Translations under genes and position numbers: made by a program
Notes under the pieces: model-generated
What the model was told of the DNA's origin: nothing
Seen by the model: the letters and a program-made list of their open reading frames with translations, nothing else
Databases searched by the model: none
Source: Limnochordia bacterium
Lineage (GTDB): Bacteria; Bacillota; Limnochordia; DTU080
Assembly: GCA_050951545.1 (NCBI GenBank)
Contig: JBMNJG010000013.1
Location: forward strand, 43,396 to 107,395
Direction: 5' to 3'
Length of the DNA: 64,000 nucleotides
Shown here: piece after piece, positions 39,305-49,429 of the stretch
Layout: every line of letters starts with the position of its first letter
How positions within the stretch are numbered: the first letter of the stretch is position 1

Positions 39305-40750
39305 ATGAAGACAAACGCTATTCCTACGCGCTCCATCTACCCAGACCCTGTCAACGTGGACTGGAAACATGGGGTGTACGAGTTTGGCAACGCGGTGACG
39401 CTATACTGCAACTCGGACGACCCACTGCAGTTGAGAACGATGCGCGAGCTTTGGGGTAACTTCACCATGGGCAGCAGTACACTTGAAGTACGCCAGTGTG
39501 ACGCCATGCCCGAGTTCTGTGCGGTGATAGCCAATACAGAGCCGGCATTGGTACCCCAGGTTGCACCAGGCTTCGAGTATACGGTGAGGGTAACTGAGCA
39601 TGGTTTTGAGCTTGCCGCATCAGACCGAGTGGGGCTCACCCATGCTTTCTTCACAGCCCTGCAGCTTTTCCATCCGATGTGTCTGGAAGAAGGTGCAGCG
39701 CGCTTCAGGGCACCCTATGTTTCCATCCAAGATCGTCCGGACCTTGCGTTCCGGGGGATTCATCTTTGCGTCTTTCCCGAAACGAGCCTGCTGCTCTTGG
39801 AGAAGGCGATCAAGATGGCTGGGTTCATGAAGCTTACGCACGTGGTGCTTGAGTTCTGGGGCACCCTACAATTCGACGTCATGTCAGACCTCCACTGGAG
39901 GCATCGCTTCTTCACCAAAGAGGAGATTCGGCCCCTGGTAGATATGGCTCATAGCATGGGCATGGAAGTAGTGCCGATGTTCAACCACTTGGGGCATGCC
40001 TCGGGTTCCAGAGAGCGCTACGGCAGGCACGTGGTTCTGAATCAGAATCCGAAACACGCATTGCTGTTTGAGCCCGATGGTTGGACCTGGTGCCTGAGCA
40101 ATCCTGAAACACTCCGTCTGCTCAGAGCCATCCGACAGGAACTGATGGAACTGTGTGGTCCGGGGGGCTATTTCCACGTCGGATGTGATGAGGCCTACTC
40201 CTACGCCACGTGCGATCGCTGTCGTCACAATGGCGGGCCAGGGATACTGGCGGAGTATCTGAACGGTCTCGAGGAAGAGATGGGAGGTGAGGGCAGAAGG
40301 ATCATCATGTGGGGCGATGCGCTGCTGAAGAAGACAGAATGGAGCGCTCCCTATACTGCTACGGGCACCATGATCCCGAGGGCGTTGCCCTCTTTGAGCC
40401 GCAATATTGTGATCGCGGATTGGCAATACAGTGTGACCGAACGCGCTGTCGCTACCGCTGAGTTCTTTATGGCGCAGGGCTTTGACACACTGCTTTGCCC
40501 CTGGGACAGGTGGGCCAATATCACGAGCCTGAGCAGCAGCGCCAAGGATACCCACGCCATGGGCGTTCTAGCAACTACCTGGCATCATCTGCCCGAATTC
40601 ATGCCTGTGATTCCCAGTGCTGCAATGGCCATGTGGGGGTCATGCGCTGGTAGAGTGCCACATACGGAGGTCGCTGCGATGCTTAGGAAGCTTGTTCTGA
40701 CTGAAACGTACGAGGACTCTGGTTGGAGCAGTCGGGAAGTAGATTACTGA
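39305..40750 (+). CDS. Glycoside hydrolase family 20 (beta-N-acetylhexosaminidase-like)
   Basis: IQDRPDLAFRGIHL, EVVPMFNHLGH, FHVGCDEA, IMWGD, ADWQY. Confidence 0.85.
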   Translation: MKTNAIPTRSIYPDPVNVDWKHGVYEFGNAVTLYCNSDDPLQLRTMRELWGNFTMGSSTLEVRQCDAMPEFCAVIANTEPALVPQVAPGFEYTVRVTEHGFELAASDRVGLTHAFFTALQLFHPMCLEEGAARFRAPYVSIQDRPDLAFRGIHLCVFPETSLLLLEKAIKMAGFMKLTHVVLEFWGTLQFDVMSDLHWRHRFFTKEEIRPLVDMAHSMGMEVVPMFNHLGHASGSRERYGRHVVLNQNPKHALLFEPDGWTWCLSNPETLRLLRAIRQELMELCGPGGYFHVGCDEAYSYATCDRCRHNGGPGILAEYLNGLEEEMGGEGRRIIMWGDALLKKTEWSAPYTATGTMIPRALPSLSRNIVIADWQYSVTERAVATAEFFMAQGFDTLLCPWDRWANITSLSSSAKDTHAMGVLATTWHHLPEFMPVIPSAAMAMWGSCAGRVPHTEVAAMLRKLVLTETYEDSGWSSREVDY

Positions 40751-41127
40751 CCGCTCCAACACGCGTGTTGTCGCCAGCGCTTTTCTATGTCACCGGGATC
40801 TTCGCCGAAGTGGCCTGTGGATAGGATACTCTGGGACGACTCTGTGCAGAGCCAATCTCCGTAAAGTGGAGAAGCTCCTCGAGAGGCCACAGATCGGCCG
40901 CCATTTTCTGGACTCTGCTATCAACTGTTACTCTTGCAGGGTAGACAAGCTCTGCCATAAGGGTGATACCATAAGCCCATCCGTGGCCCGTATGACCAGT
41001 GTCCTGGAACTTGGTCTCTGCATCAGGGTAGAAGACCATGGTAATGCGGGCCTGGGGTTGCACTCTGAGGTGACAGGAAATGTCATGCATGGCTTGGGCG
41101 CGTTCGGCCGCATCCCTTCGACCACCA

Positions 41128-42402
41128 CTACTGCTCCAACAGCGCAGGTAAGAGGTCATGGATCTGCTGCAAACCCGTGGCCGGGGCCATGCTACCCGCC
41201 CATATCTGGCTCATAATGGGGTTGACCACGCGGTCGATCGCTGTCGCATTGGGCACTACGTAGGCCGCGTAGCCTGCGGGATCGAAAGCGGTTTCGATCA
41301 TGGCCTGCCAGTTATCGGGTAGTTCAATGCCACCTGCTCTTGGGTAACGAATCATGGCTTCCTTCAGCGACGGCAGACGCCCAGTGATCCGGGCCAGCTC
41401 CATTTGGTTATCTGCATCGCCAGTAAGAAAGCGGATCCATTGCCAAGCAGCAGCCTTGTTCTTGCTGTGGGAGACGATCTGAAAGCCATCGGGGTTGACT
41501 CTGGCAGAGCGACTAGCGGGCCCCTTCGGTTGCCGGGCGATGTCCCATGCGAAACTGAGGTTCTGAAAAGAGGGCCCAATAGAGCCGGGGCCGTCGACCA
41601 CGTCAAACCCGGTGTTCCCCATGGACACGCGGAATGAGGAGTGGTTTGTGGCCAGGTTGTCCGCATAGAGTCGTCGGATGAATTCGACGGCACGCAGTAC
41701 CTCGGGACTGTTGAACTGACTCCGAGTAGGATAGACAACTCTGTCGTAGAGCTGACCACCGGCCTGATGCACCTGCATCTCCCAGCGATAGGAGATACGC
41801 GTGGTACCATAGCTTTCGGGGACGCCGTCTCCGTCCGTATCTCGACTCAGCCTCTTGGCACTGGAAAGAAGCGTTTCCCATGTCCACTGTTCGCCGAGTT
41901 CACGAGGGTTCTGTAGCCCGTGTTGGGCGAAGAGGTCAGCATTGAAGAAGGTGACCACAGGAAAGACGCTCACTGGAATACCCCACAGCTGACCACTGGG
42001 AGTGGTCACTCCCTGCACTGCAACAGGTGGGATGTGATCTAAGGGAAAACGGTCGCGTTGGACATATGGCCTGAGATCCTCGAACATCCCGTGGACGATG
42101 AGCGGCGCTCCTAGCTCCGGATTGGCGTCGGCGGTATCCGGAGCCACACCGCCGGCCACCATGCTCAGCAGCTTCGTTCTGAAACCGTCGATCCCCCCGG
42201 TTGAGATCACGACCTCAATCGACATGCCCGTGGCATCTTCAAAGCGCTTGGCCATGAACTGGAGGTAGTCATGCCACTTCACTCCGTGATACTCGTACAT
42301 CAGGTGTGTCAACTCTACCTTGGTCGCTGCCCCAGGCATGGAAGCCAATGATAACTGTGCCAAGAGCGTGAGCAGCAGTGCTGCAGATAGCCATCGGCTC
42401 AT
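41128..42402 (-). CDS. ABC transporter sugar-binding protein
   Basis: AGGAGG RBS before ATG 42402; AGGVAPD, FFNADLF, WTWE, DTDGDG, AAWQWIRFL. Confidence 0.9.
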   Translation of the reverse strand: MSRWLSAALLLTLLAQLSLASMPGAATKVELTHLMYEYHGVKWHDYLQFMAKRFEDATGMSIEVVISTGGIDGFRTKLLSMVAGGVAPDTADANPELGAPLIVHGMFEDLRPYVQRDRFPLDHIPPVAVQGVTTPSGQLWGIPVSVFPVVTFFNADLFAQHGLQNPRELGEQWTWETLLSSAKRLSRDTDGDGVPESYGTTRISYRWEMQVHQAGGQLYDRVVYPTRSQFNSPEVLRAVEFIRRLYADNLATNHSSFRVSMGNTGFDVVDGPGSIGPSFQNLSFAWDIARQPKGPASRSARVNPDGFQIVSHSKNKAAAWQWIRFLTGDADNQMELARITGRLPSLKEAMIRYPRAGGIELPDNWQAMIETAFDPAGYAAYVVPNATAIDRVVNPIMSQIWAGSMAPATGLQQIHDLLPALLEQ

Positions 42403-42711
42403 GGTGATCCTCCTTTTTCTGCGGATGGCATAACAATACATCAAGCTTGTTAAGATGTCCTTCCTTTCAGTTGAAGCCTTCGTGGTCTGCAGTAGAGCGC
42501 TTAGCGACAACCAGCCTACTGGTGATGGAGCCCATGCGACCTTCTCTGGCGATCTCTCGCTGGGCAATGACCGCCTCGATGGGAGGAAAGTCACTAAGTT
42601 TCTTGAAACATGATTAATGAAATGATGTATCGACTCGCGGTTACCTTCGCTGTTGTCCACGGTGAACGGGATTCCTGGTGAACATGATCATAAAGTGAGG
42701 GGGTAGACGAA

Positions 42712-43968
42712 GTGCGTAAGCTGCTATGCTTCTTCCTGTCGACGTTACTGGTGTTGCTGTGTGCGGCTGGTCCCGTCGGTGCGCAAAAGACCAAGCTCAT
42801 ATGGACGACCTGCTGTGGCCAACCGGATCGTATGGAGCTATTCACTGGTCTGGCCAACCAGTATATGGCTGCCAACCCTAAGGTCGAGATAGAGATGATT
42901 CATCCCACTGGGTCATATTACCAAACGCTGCTCACTTGGATCGCTGCGGGTGTAGGTGCTGACGTAATGTGGCTCGGTACTACAATTTGGTCGTTTGTGG
43001 ACCTGCTGCTACCCCTCGATGATCTGGTGGCTAAGGATAGGAATGTGGCCTCCATTCACCCGAGTTTACTCAAGACATTACGTTGGGATGGAAAGCAGAT
43101 CGGCCTACCCTATGGAGTGAATACCAACCTGATGGCCTACAACCGGGATATGTTTAGCGCCTCCGGCGTAGCCTTCCCTACGAGCAAATGGGTTTTGTCG
43201 GATATCGCTACGATGGGCAGTCGCCTCGTCAAAGACAAGGATGGTGACGGGACTCCTGATGTTTGGGGCATTAGTCGGATCCCCGACTTCAACCATGCGC
43301 TGGTGCAAGCCGGAGACTTCTACTCTCAGGATCTAAAGCAGACCGCCTTTGTGAATTCCGCGTCGATCGAAGCGACCCAGTTTCTCCTGGATCTCAACAG
43401 AGGCGTCTATGGCGTGTGTGCTCCCACCAAAACCGACCCCATGTTCTATGGTCAACAGGTGGCCATGCACGTAATCGGCACCTTCTTCGTGCCCAACGGA
43501 CGACTCAACTGCGAATTTGATTGGGATGTCGTGGAGTATCCCGGTCTGGTGCAGAATGACGTACGGTATGACTCTGCATGGGTGAGTTTCGAATCGTGGG
43601 GTATCAACAGGGCCACCAAAAGCCCAGAGATTGCCAAGGACTTTGTCGGCTGGCTGTTCCAACCTGAGGTGATGAAGCAGATTTCTGGTCTAGGTGTGGT
43701 CATCCCTTCGCAGCCCCAGCAAGCAAGGCTGTTCTTGAACCAACCGACGCCGCCCAGCAACCTGAATGCTTTTGTTCGATCTATGGACTTTGTGAAGCGC
43801 TACAACTGGGACCACCCAGCAGGCCAGCACATCAGCTCCGCCTACCTGAGCGGAAGCAATCCCATCTATGGAGAGATGGTCGCAGGAAGAACGCCCGTCG
43901 CCACCGCTCTACCGGAGATTGCACGACAGATCAACTCCTACCTGACTGAGTGGTGGGCCAAGAGGTAG
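42712..43968 (+). CDS. ABC transporter sugar-binding protein
   Basis: Signal peptide; NPKVEIE, AYNRDMF, DKDGDG, TKSPEIAKDFV. Confidence 0.9.
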   Translation: MRKLLCFFLSTLLVLLCAAGPVGAQKTKLIWTTCCGQPDRMELFTGLANQYMAANPKVEIEMIHPTGSYYQTLLTWIAAGVGADVMWLGTTIWSFVDLLLPLDDLVAKDRNVASIHPSLLKTLRWDGKQIGLPYGVNTNLMAYNRDMFSASGVAFPTSKWVLSDIATMGSRLVKDKDGDGTPDVWGISRIPDFNHALVQAGDFYSQDLKQTAFVNSASIEATQFLLDLNRGVYGVCAPTKTDPMFYGQQVAMHVIGTFFVPNGRLNCEFDWDVVEYPGLVQNDVRYDSAWVSFESWGINRATKSPEIAKDFVGWLFQPEVMKQISGLGVVIPSQPQQARLFLNQPTPPSNLNAFVRSMDFVKRYNWDHPAGQHISSAYLSGSNPIYGEMVAGRTPVATALPEIARQINSYLTEWWAKR

Positions 43969-44220
43969 GGCAGGGCAGTGGCGTTGCTGAACGCTAGTCA
44001 CGCATGTGGCGTCGCTACCCGGCGCCACGTTGCTTGCTGGTGCTCGCGTATGCAAGGAGGTCACTTGCCTTGGACGTGCGAACGCACCACCCAGGGACTC
44101 TTGCCGTCCAAGTGGCCTCCGACACAAAAGTGCATCCGCCCTGTAGCTTGTAGATTCCGGTGCCGCGTAGGGGGTGCACCGCCACACCCTCTCGCCCCTG
44201 TGTTCTACCACGCATTGGGA

Positions 44221-44226
44221 TATAAT
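44221..44226 (+). promoter_or_regulatory. Putative sigma-70/A -10 box upstream of cas6
   Basis: Perfect TATAAT about 70 bp before the cas6 ATG; -35 box unclear. Confidence 0.45.
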
Positions 44227-44294
44227 GCTTTGTGAGGCGATATCTACACTGCCCCAGGCGCTGCCCAGGGACACTTGAAAGGGTTTGGTGTTGC

Positions 44295-45065
44295 ATGCGT
44301 CTTACCATACGTCTCGAACCCGCTTCCGGATCTGCGCTGTTGGACGGCCAGTTTCCCAGGTATTTTCACGCTGCCATCTACAATAGCCTGGGGCGCGAGC
44401 TGGCTGACCGGGTACATGCCGAGGGGTACAAAGATGGTAGCCGGTCACTGAAGATGTTTGTGTTTTCCGATGTGCTGACAGAGCGACGACCAAAGCCTGA
44501 GGGGAAGGGTCTACGATTTGATGGCCCTGCCTCCGTGGTGGTCGCCTCGCCCGTCCATGAGATTGTGGATTCGCTGGCTACTTCCTTACTTCATGCGAAC
44601 CAAATCCGCATCGGACGTGAGCTGTTCAACATCCTCAGCATACACGCCGAGGATTCGGCGGTGGACGGCGACTGCATCGATGTGCATAGCCTGTCACCGA
44701 TTGTCACCTACTCCACGCTGTTACGCCCAGAAGGCGGGAAGTACACCTGCTACTATCAGCCGGGTGAAAGAGAGTTTCAACGTTTGGTTGCTGCAAACAT
44801 GGCCCGCAAATACAGAGTGTTGCATGGACGAGACCCTGCGCGGGGTGTCGAGGTGGAGGTCTTGCGCTTGGGGCGGATGGTGATCCGCGAGTTTAAGGAG
44901 ACTGTAATAAAAGGTTGGCATTGCCAGCTTCGTCTCCACGGCGAAAAGAACTTGCTCAAGCTAGCCCTTGATGCAGGTCTGGGAAGCAAGAACCCCCAGG
45001 GATGGGGATGCGTCGGACTAACCTCCCGAACGGACCTAGTCCTTGACGAAAGCGCGTCCCAGTAA
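44295..45065 (+). CDS. cas6: CRISPR endoribonuclease Cas6
   Basis: H.EGY...R..KMFVFS, LSPI..YST and C-terminal GLGSKNPQGWG G-loop. Confidence 0.93.
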   Translation: MRLTIRLEPASGSALLDGQFPRYFHAAIYNSLGRELADRVHAEGYKDGSRSLKMFVFSDVLTERRPKPEGKGLRFDGPASVVVASPVHEIVDSLATSLLHANQIRIGRELFNILSIHAEDSAVDGDCIDVHSLSPIVTYSTLLRPEGGKYTCYYQPGEREFQRLVAANMARKYRVLHGRDPARGVEVEVLRLGRMVIREFKETVIKGWHCQLRLHGEKNLLKLALDAGLGSKNPQGWGCVGLTSRTDLVLDESASQ

Positions 45066-45084
45066 AGTAAGGGTGTGCTAACCC

Positions 45085-45271
45085 GCCTTGTCTGGCGAGC
45101 CAAACGCCTATGGGCTAGATGTCGTCGACCTCCGGTCGCGCGAAAAGCCCAGGGGGTCGACGACATCTATTTTATGGAAGGAATCTCTGTACCTGCGGCG
45201 AATCATTCAGGGAGTCGGCTGCGTATTCCGGAGAGGCAATGACCGATATCTGTTTACCCAGCTCGTGAAGG
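45085..45271 (+). promoter_or_regulatory. CRISPR leader 1
   Basis: Palindrome tgtcgtcgacc...ggtcgacgaca (45120-45165); homologous along its length to leader 2. Confidence 0.8.
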
Positions 45272-45559
45272 GTTTGGGCTCTACCTATAAGGGATTGAAA
45301 CCACCGCCACGTCCGTGGAAAATATTGACTCCTGGACCGTTTGGGCTCTACCTATAAGGGATTGAAACTCCGTCCACTTCCCATCCCTTTGAATCCTGTG
45401 GTTCAGTTTGGGCTCTACCTATAAGGGATTGAAACATGTCGCCGGTGAGTCGGGCCGCGTCCGTGGTGGGGTTTGGGCTCTACCTATAAGGGACTGAAAC
45501 CTCAGGGTCTCTACCCTGTAGGTGCCATCCAATGGCAGCTACCTATGAGAGATTGACAC
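45272..45559 (+). CRISPR. CRISPR array 1: 4 repeats GTTTGGGCTCTACCTATAAGGGATTGAAAC plus 1 degenerate
   Basis: Repeats at 45272, 45339, 45406, 45471; degenerate repeat at about 45530-45559; spacers 37, 37, 35 and about 29 bp. Confidence 0.95.
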
Positions 45560-45890
45560 CTGCCCAACCAACCCACATGGTTCACGTTAGTGGCCAGTCC
45601 CCGTCCGTCTTGGCTTCCGAGCGTGACAGGTCATCCTACGTTGCCTGGTGTTATCGGCTACACCGGGGGTGTTGTCGTGCGTCCGCCGGGGTCTTCGCCC
45701 CTACATAGATAGCATCGCATGCACATCCCCAAAAAAAGAGGGCAACTTTTCCCCGCCGATGGTGACAGAGGTGGTATACTTTGATGCCATTCGGTCACAA
45801 TAAGGATGACTATTCCCTACACTGGCTGCTATTAGACCTTAGTTAGGGCTGTTTTGGTCTGGCGTAGAATTGTCGAGGAGCGTATGCTTT

Positions 45891-48005
45891 GTGCTGATCG
45901 AGAACCTGATTCGTCTGGGCCGCCTGTACCTGAACGCGGGCGCGTCACCCAAGGAGCTTCTTGAATTGGTCTCCGATGTGACTAGCACCAGAGGGCGCCG
46001 CTTTCTCGAGCGAGTGTTTGTCGTGGAGCTGGCTATCAGAGATGGGGTTCTGCAGGTCGTAGCACACCCGCAGGGTTCATGGGGTCACGTTGAGTCAGGC
46101 AGGGGTGGTGAGTTCTTTTGCCCCGACAAAGAAAGAGTGATCGGTATTCCCTTCGTGATGTCGCGGGGTAATCCACTCCAGCCACAGGGACGCTACCCAG
46201 TACCGGTATACACAGTCTTCGACAAGCACTTCGCTGCCTTTTGCGGTGCACCCATCAAGGTCGAGGAGTTTCTCAGAGGCAGAATCCGGCGTACCGTCGG
46301 CTTGAAATGGACGGAGTCACTGGTGTACGAGATCAGTTCGGCTTTGCATGCGGAGCTTGCCCATCACGAGCACGGCGGCGACAAGAAGCGCTCGGCAGTG
46401 GTCGTGGTTGCCGATCTACGTGATGGCTGCTCTCCCTATGTCTACGACCGTAACAGCGACACCATCGACCTATGCGGGAGCAGGATTTGGCCAGGGCGCC
46501 GCATCTGTGTGGATCCGGAGCAGCTACTCGATAGGGTGTGGGTAGCGAAAGCTGCGGAAGGAGCTGAGATGGGGACGAGAGATGGTTTCTGCTCCGTATG
46601 TCGGAAAGAGGGGGAAGTTGCTTCAATCTACTCCAAAGCGTGGCCGTGGTTTTCGACTACCTGGACTGCACCTCTTCCTAGTGCCCTTGGCGTTGACCAG
46701 CTCGTGGAGGGTGTGGCGTTGTGCCATAGCTGCTATACGGCGTTGACCATCGGGGCTCAGCTGTTCACGAAATTGTCCCAGCCACTCGGCTCATGGGTAA
46801 CCGGAGAGGGCTTTGGTATTTCCGATCGGCCGTTCGCAAAAGGGAGGTGCCAAACGCAGGTTGAGCGCATCTACGGTAGCCTGATGGTGCTCCCAGTTCT
46901 CGACGAGAATCCCCCTGATGACGACGATCAGCGGATGTCTGTTCGTAGCCTCGCGTCCATGCGACCGCATGGCCCACACGCGGTGGAACGTTATCTCGAC
47001 TCCATCACTGGTTTTGAGGCAAGAATACCGGATATCAAAGATGGCACGCATCGCTTGCATCTTTATTACTACTCGGGTGATGTGACCCGGGGCGATGTGC
47101 ATGTGCGCTGCATCATGGAAGACGTGATGCCCTCCGTAGCCAGAACTCTTGATCGTCTTCTCTACCGCAATGCTGAAATGCAGGCCACTGAGGCTGCGCG
47201 GCAACTTGACCTTTCCCTGAGTGAACGCGATTGGCGACGCCTCCGCTCACTTCCGTGTCTGCTCGCGACCGCCTATGGGTCAGCGCATTTGTGGCAGACC
47301 ATGTCTGATGTGTTGCAGCGGCGGGTTCTAGAGATCGATCACTTCGTCCGTAATGCCGCGTCACGCATGCAAGCCTGTGCTCACCGTCTCCCCAAGACCT
47401 ACCGTTACTTGCGTTTGGAGGTCCTTTTCTACGTGGTCTTCCGAGCATTCTTGAACACCTATCACTCCGAAATAGCGGAGTCAGATATGGAGGGAAGGAT
47501 GTCAATGCGTTCGTGGCAAGAGTTGCAGGCCATGCTGGCGGAGCCAGTGCAGGAGATTCGTTTTTATGACGTTGAGGAGCTCGGTTTTGTCTGCGGTCAT
47601 CTCGTCCGTCAGTTTTCGCGGTGGTATTTTGCCTGTACAGGGCAGGATCTTCTTCGCCAGCGCGTACTCACGTTCGGAAGCGTGCTAACCCCCGAATTGG
47701 TACGGGAGCGGGCCCTAACGAAGTTTTGGGAGTATCGAGCGAAGCTGTGGCGCAAGGGGATCCTGCCGCAGGGGTTCGAACAGCTAACCGGAGTAGCGCT
47801 TTGGGAGTGGGAACACCGGCGTGATGAGATATCCCGCAGGCGTGAAGCCTTTATGGCTGCTTTCTGGGCCGGATACGCACTACAGTCATCGAGTGGTGAA
47901 GGTGTCGACGAAAAGGTAGCCGTGGACCCTAATGGGGAATGGAGGAGGGAACCCATTGACCAAGCAAGTGAACACGGGCGAGATCCTGTTTGTCAAGAGT
48001 GCTAA
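45891..48005 (+). CDS. cas8b: Type I-B large subunit Cas8b (TM1802/Csh1-like)
   Basis: Lies between cas6 and cas7; Zn-finger CSVC...LCHSC; helical C-terminus ending AAFWAGY. Confidence 0.8.
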   Translation: MLIENLIRLGRLYLNAGASPKELLELVSDVTSTRGRRFLERVFVVELAIRDGVLQVVAHPQGSWGHVESGRGGEFFCPDKERVIGIPFVMSRGNPLQPQGRYPVPVYTVFDKHFAAFCGAPIKVEEFLRGRIRRTVGLKWTESLVYEISSALHAELAHHEHGGDKKRSAVVVVADLRDGCSPYVYDRNSDTIDLCGSRIWPGRRICVDPEQLLDRVWVAKAAEGAEMGTRDGFCSVCRKEGEVASIYSKAWPWFSTTWTAPLPSALGVDQLVEGVALCHSCYTALTIGAQLFTKLSQPLGSWVTGEGFGISDRPFAKGRCQTQVERIYGSLMVLPVLDENPPDDDDQRMSVRSLASMRPHGPHAVERYLDSITGFEARIPDIKDGTHRLHLYYYSGDVTRGDVHVRCIMEDVMPSVARTLDRLLYRNAEMQATEAARQLDLSLSERDWRRLRSLPCLLATAYGSAHLWQTMSDVLQRRVLEIDHFVRNAASRMQACAHRLPKTYRYLRLEVLFYVVFRAFLNTYHSEIAESDMEGRMSMRSWQELQAMLAEPVQEIRFYDVEELGFVCGHLVRQFSRWYFACTGQDLLRQRVLTFGSVLTPELVRERALTKFWEYRAKLWRKGILPQGFEQLTGVALWEWEHRRDEISRRREAFMAAFWAGYALQSSSGEGVDEKVAVDPNGEWRREPIDQASEHGRDPVCQEC

Positions 48006-48686
48006 GGTTGGAATTCCCAACCGCAATCTCAACGACGACGACGCACGTCACCTTTTCGGGCCGCTATCGACGTAAGGCTTTTTGGAATTGTCTATGCCGT
48101 TACTGGGGAGAGGTTTCATCTTACGGGTCCGGTGCGCTTTGGATGGGCGCATTCGTTACATCCGGCGGTAAGCGTGTATACGACGGGAACAAGTATGGTG
48201 CCCGCCAAAGACCAACGCCATGGCGATGCATCCGAGGGTGCCCAGCAAGGAACGAGCTGGACTAGCTCTTTAGTTCCGTTTGCTGTCTTCGCCATGCCGG
48301 CGGTTGTCAATGCGACCATTGCACAAGAGACTGGCCTGGATCAGGAAGACCTCGAGTTGCTGTTAGAGGCGCTGTGGCAGGGAACAGCACACCGGCAGGG
48401 GCGGGGCCGCGGCGTACAACAGCCATTGTTTCTGTTGCATATCGAGTACAAAGACCCCTTTTTCCGCATCGGGTACCTCGAAGAGAAGATATGTCTCGAA
48501 CCAGGCCGCGAGGAGTGGTTGGGCGGCAACCCACCTACGTCGCTAAACGATGTAAAGCTTGACGTGACCCGTCTTGTGGAGTGCCTGGGAGAATACACAC
48601 AGAAGATTAGCCGGGTACGGTATTGGATCAGGCCCGACTTGCAGCTGGTGGGTCAGCCTCCGTGGGAGGTACAGCCGCTGTGGTAG
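47956..48686 (+). pseudogene. cas7: Cas7 (Csh2-type) broken by internal deletion/frameshift
   Basis: GGAGG-TTG 47956 gives MTKQVNTGEILFVKS..GIPNR...DARHLF, then stop at 48073. It continues in another frame as IDVRLFG..AV...TGPV.F.WAHSLHP...DLELLLEALW.G...GRG. Confidence 0.85.
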
Positions 48687-48727
48687 GTCAGGGTCAGGGA
48701 AGACAGTTTTCGGGCGGGGGATAGGTC

Positions 48728-49429
48728 TTGAAGGTCTTGGTGTTCGAGTTGCGAGGATCCATTGCTCACTTTCGGTATCCCGACACGACAGTCACGCATG
48801 TCACCTATCCCTTCATTACCCGGACGGCTGTGCGCGGCTTGCTGGGGGCCATTCTCGGCCTTGAATGCTTCGCGCCTGAGGAAGGACTCACGGGGATTCG
48901 CCTCATGTCGCCCGTGCGCAAGTCGGTGCAGGGGATTTCCATGCTTGGCAAGGGGTTTCTTGGCGAGGGGAACGAGTTTAGCCGTTGGACGTCCACTGAG
49001 TTGCTGGTCTCCCCGCACTATCGCATCTTCTACGCGGGTCCATTCCTTGACGAATTGGCCCAGGCGATCAAGGCCCGGCAAAGCGTGTACCATACTTACC
49101 TGGGGGTGGCCTTTGCCCAGACGTTCCCCGAGTGGAAGGGTGTTCGACAGGGCGTGTCGTACCAGGCTGATGCCGCTGACATCATCACTACTCTGTCGGT
49201 TGTACCCACGCATGTGGTCGGACAGCTGGTCATGCAGCACCGATCGCAGGTGGCACGTGTGGGTGGCATGTTATACGAATACCTTGGCGACAGGCGGTTT
49301 CGTGGCACCATAAATCTGCTTTACGATACGAACTGCGGGCCCATCACCTTCATGCCCTCGGTGGCCCCGTTTTCCCCCCGGGTGGAGCTTGTAGACGTGG
49401 CTGAGGAGGGGATCGTGTGCCTGTGGTAG
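48728..49429 (+). CDS. cas5: CRISPR-associated protein Cas5
   Basis: VFELRGSIAHFR.P......TYPF..RTAVRGLLGAILG; YHTYLG. Confidence 0.93.
   Translation: MKVLVFELRGSIAHFRYPDTTVTHVTYPFITRTAVRGLLGAILGLECFAPEEGLTGIRLMSPVRKSVQGISMLGKGFLGEGNEFSRWTSTELLVSPHYRIFYAGPFLDELAQAIKARQSVYHTYLGVAFAQTFPEWKGVRQGVSYQADAADIITTLSVVPTHVVGQLVMQHRSQVARVGGMLYEYLGDRRFRGTINLLYDTNCGPITFMPSVAPFSPRVELVDVAEEGIVCLW

Noticed and set aside
40785-41128. Possible gene fragment downstream of the SBP (GHGWAYG...)
   Set aside because: No reliable start or assignable family motif.
45441-45456. Array-1 spacer 3 resembling the 94-bp repeat (ggtgagtcggg)
   Set aside because: Only an 11-nt exact match (13/14 with flank), internal to the spacer and GC-rich; not distinguishable from chance.
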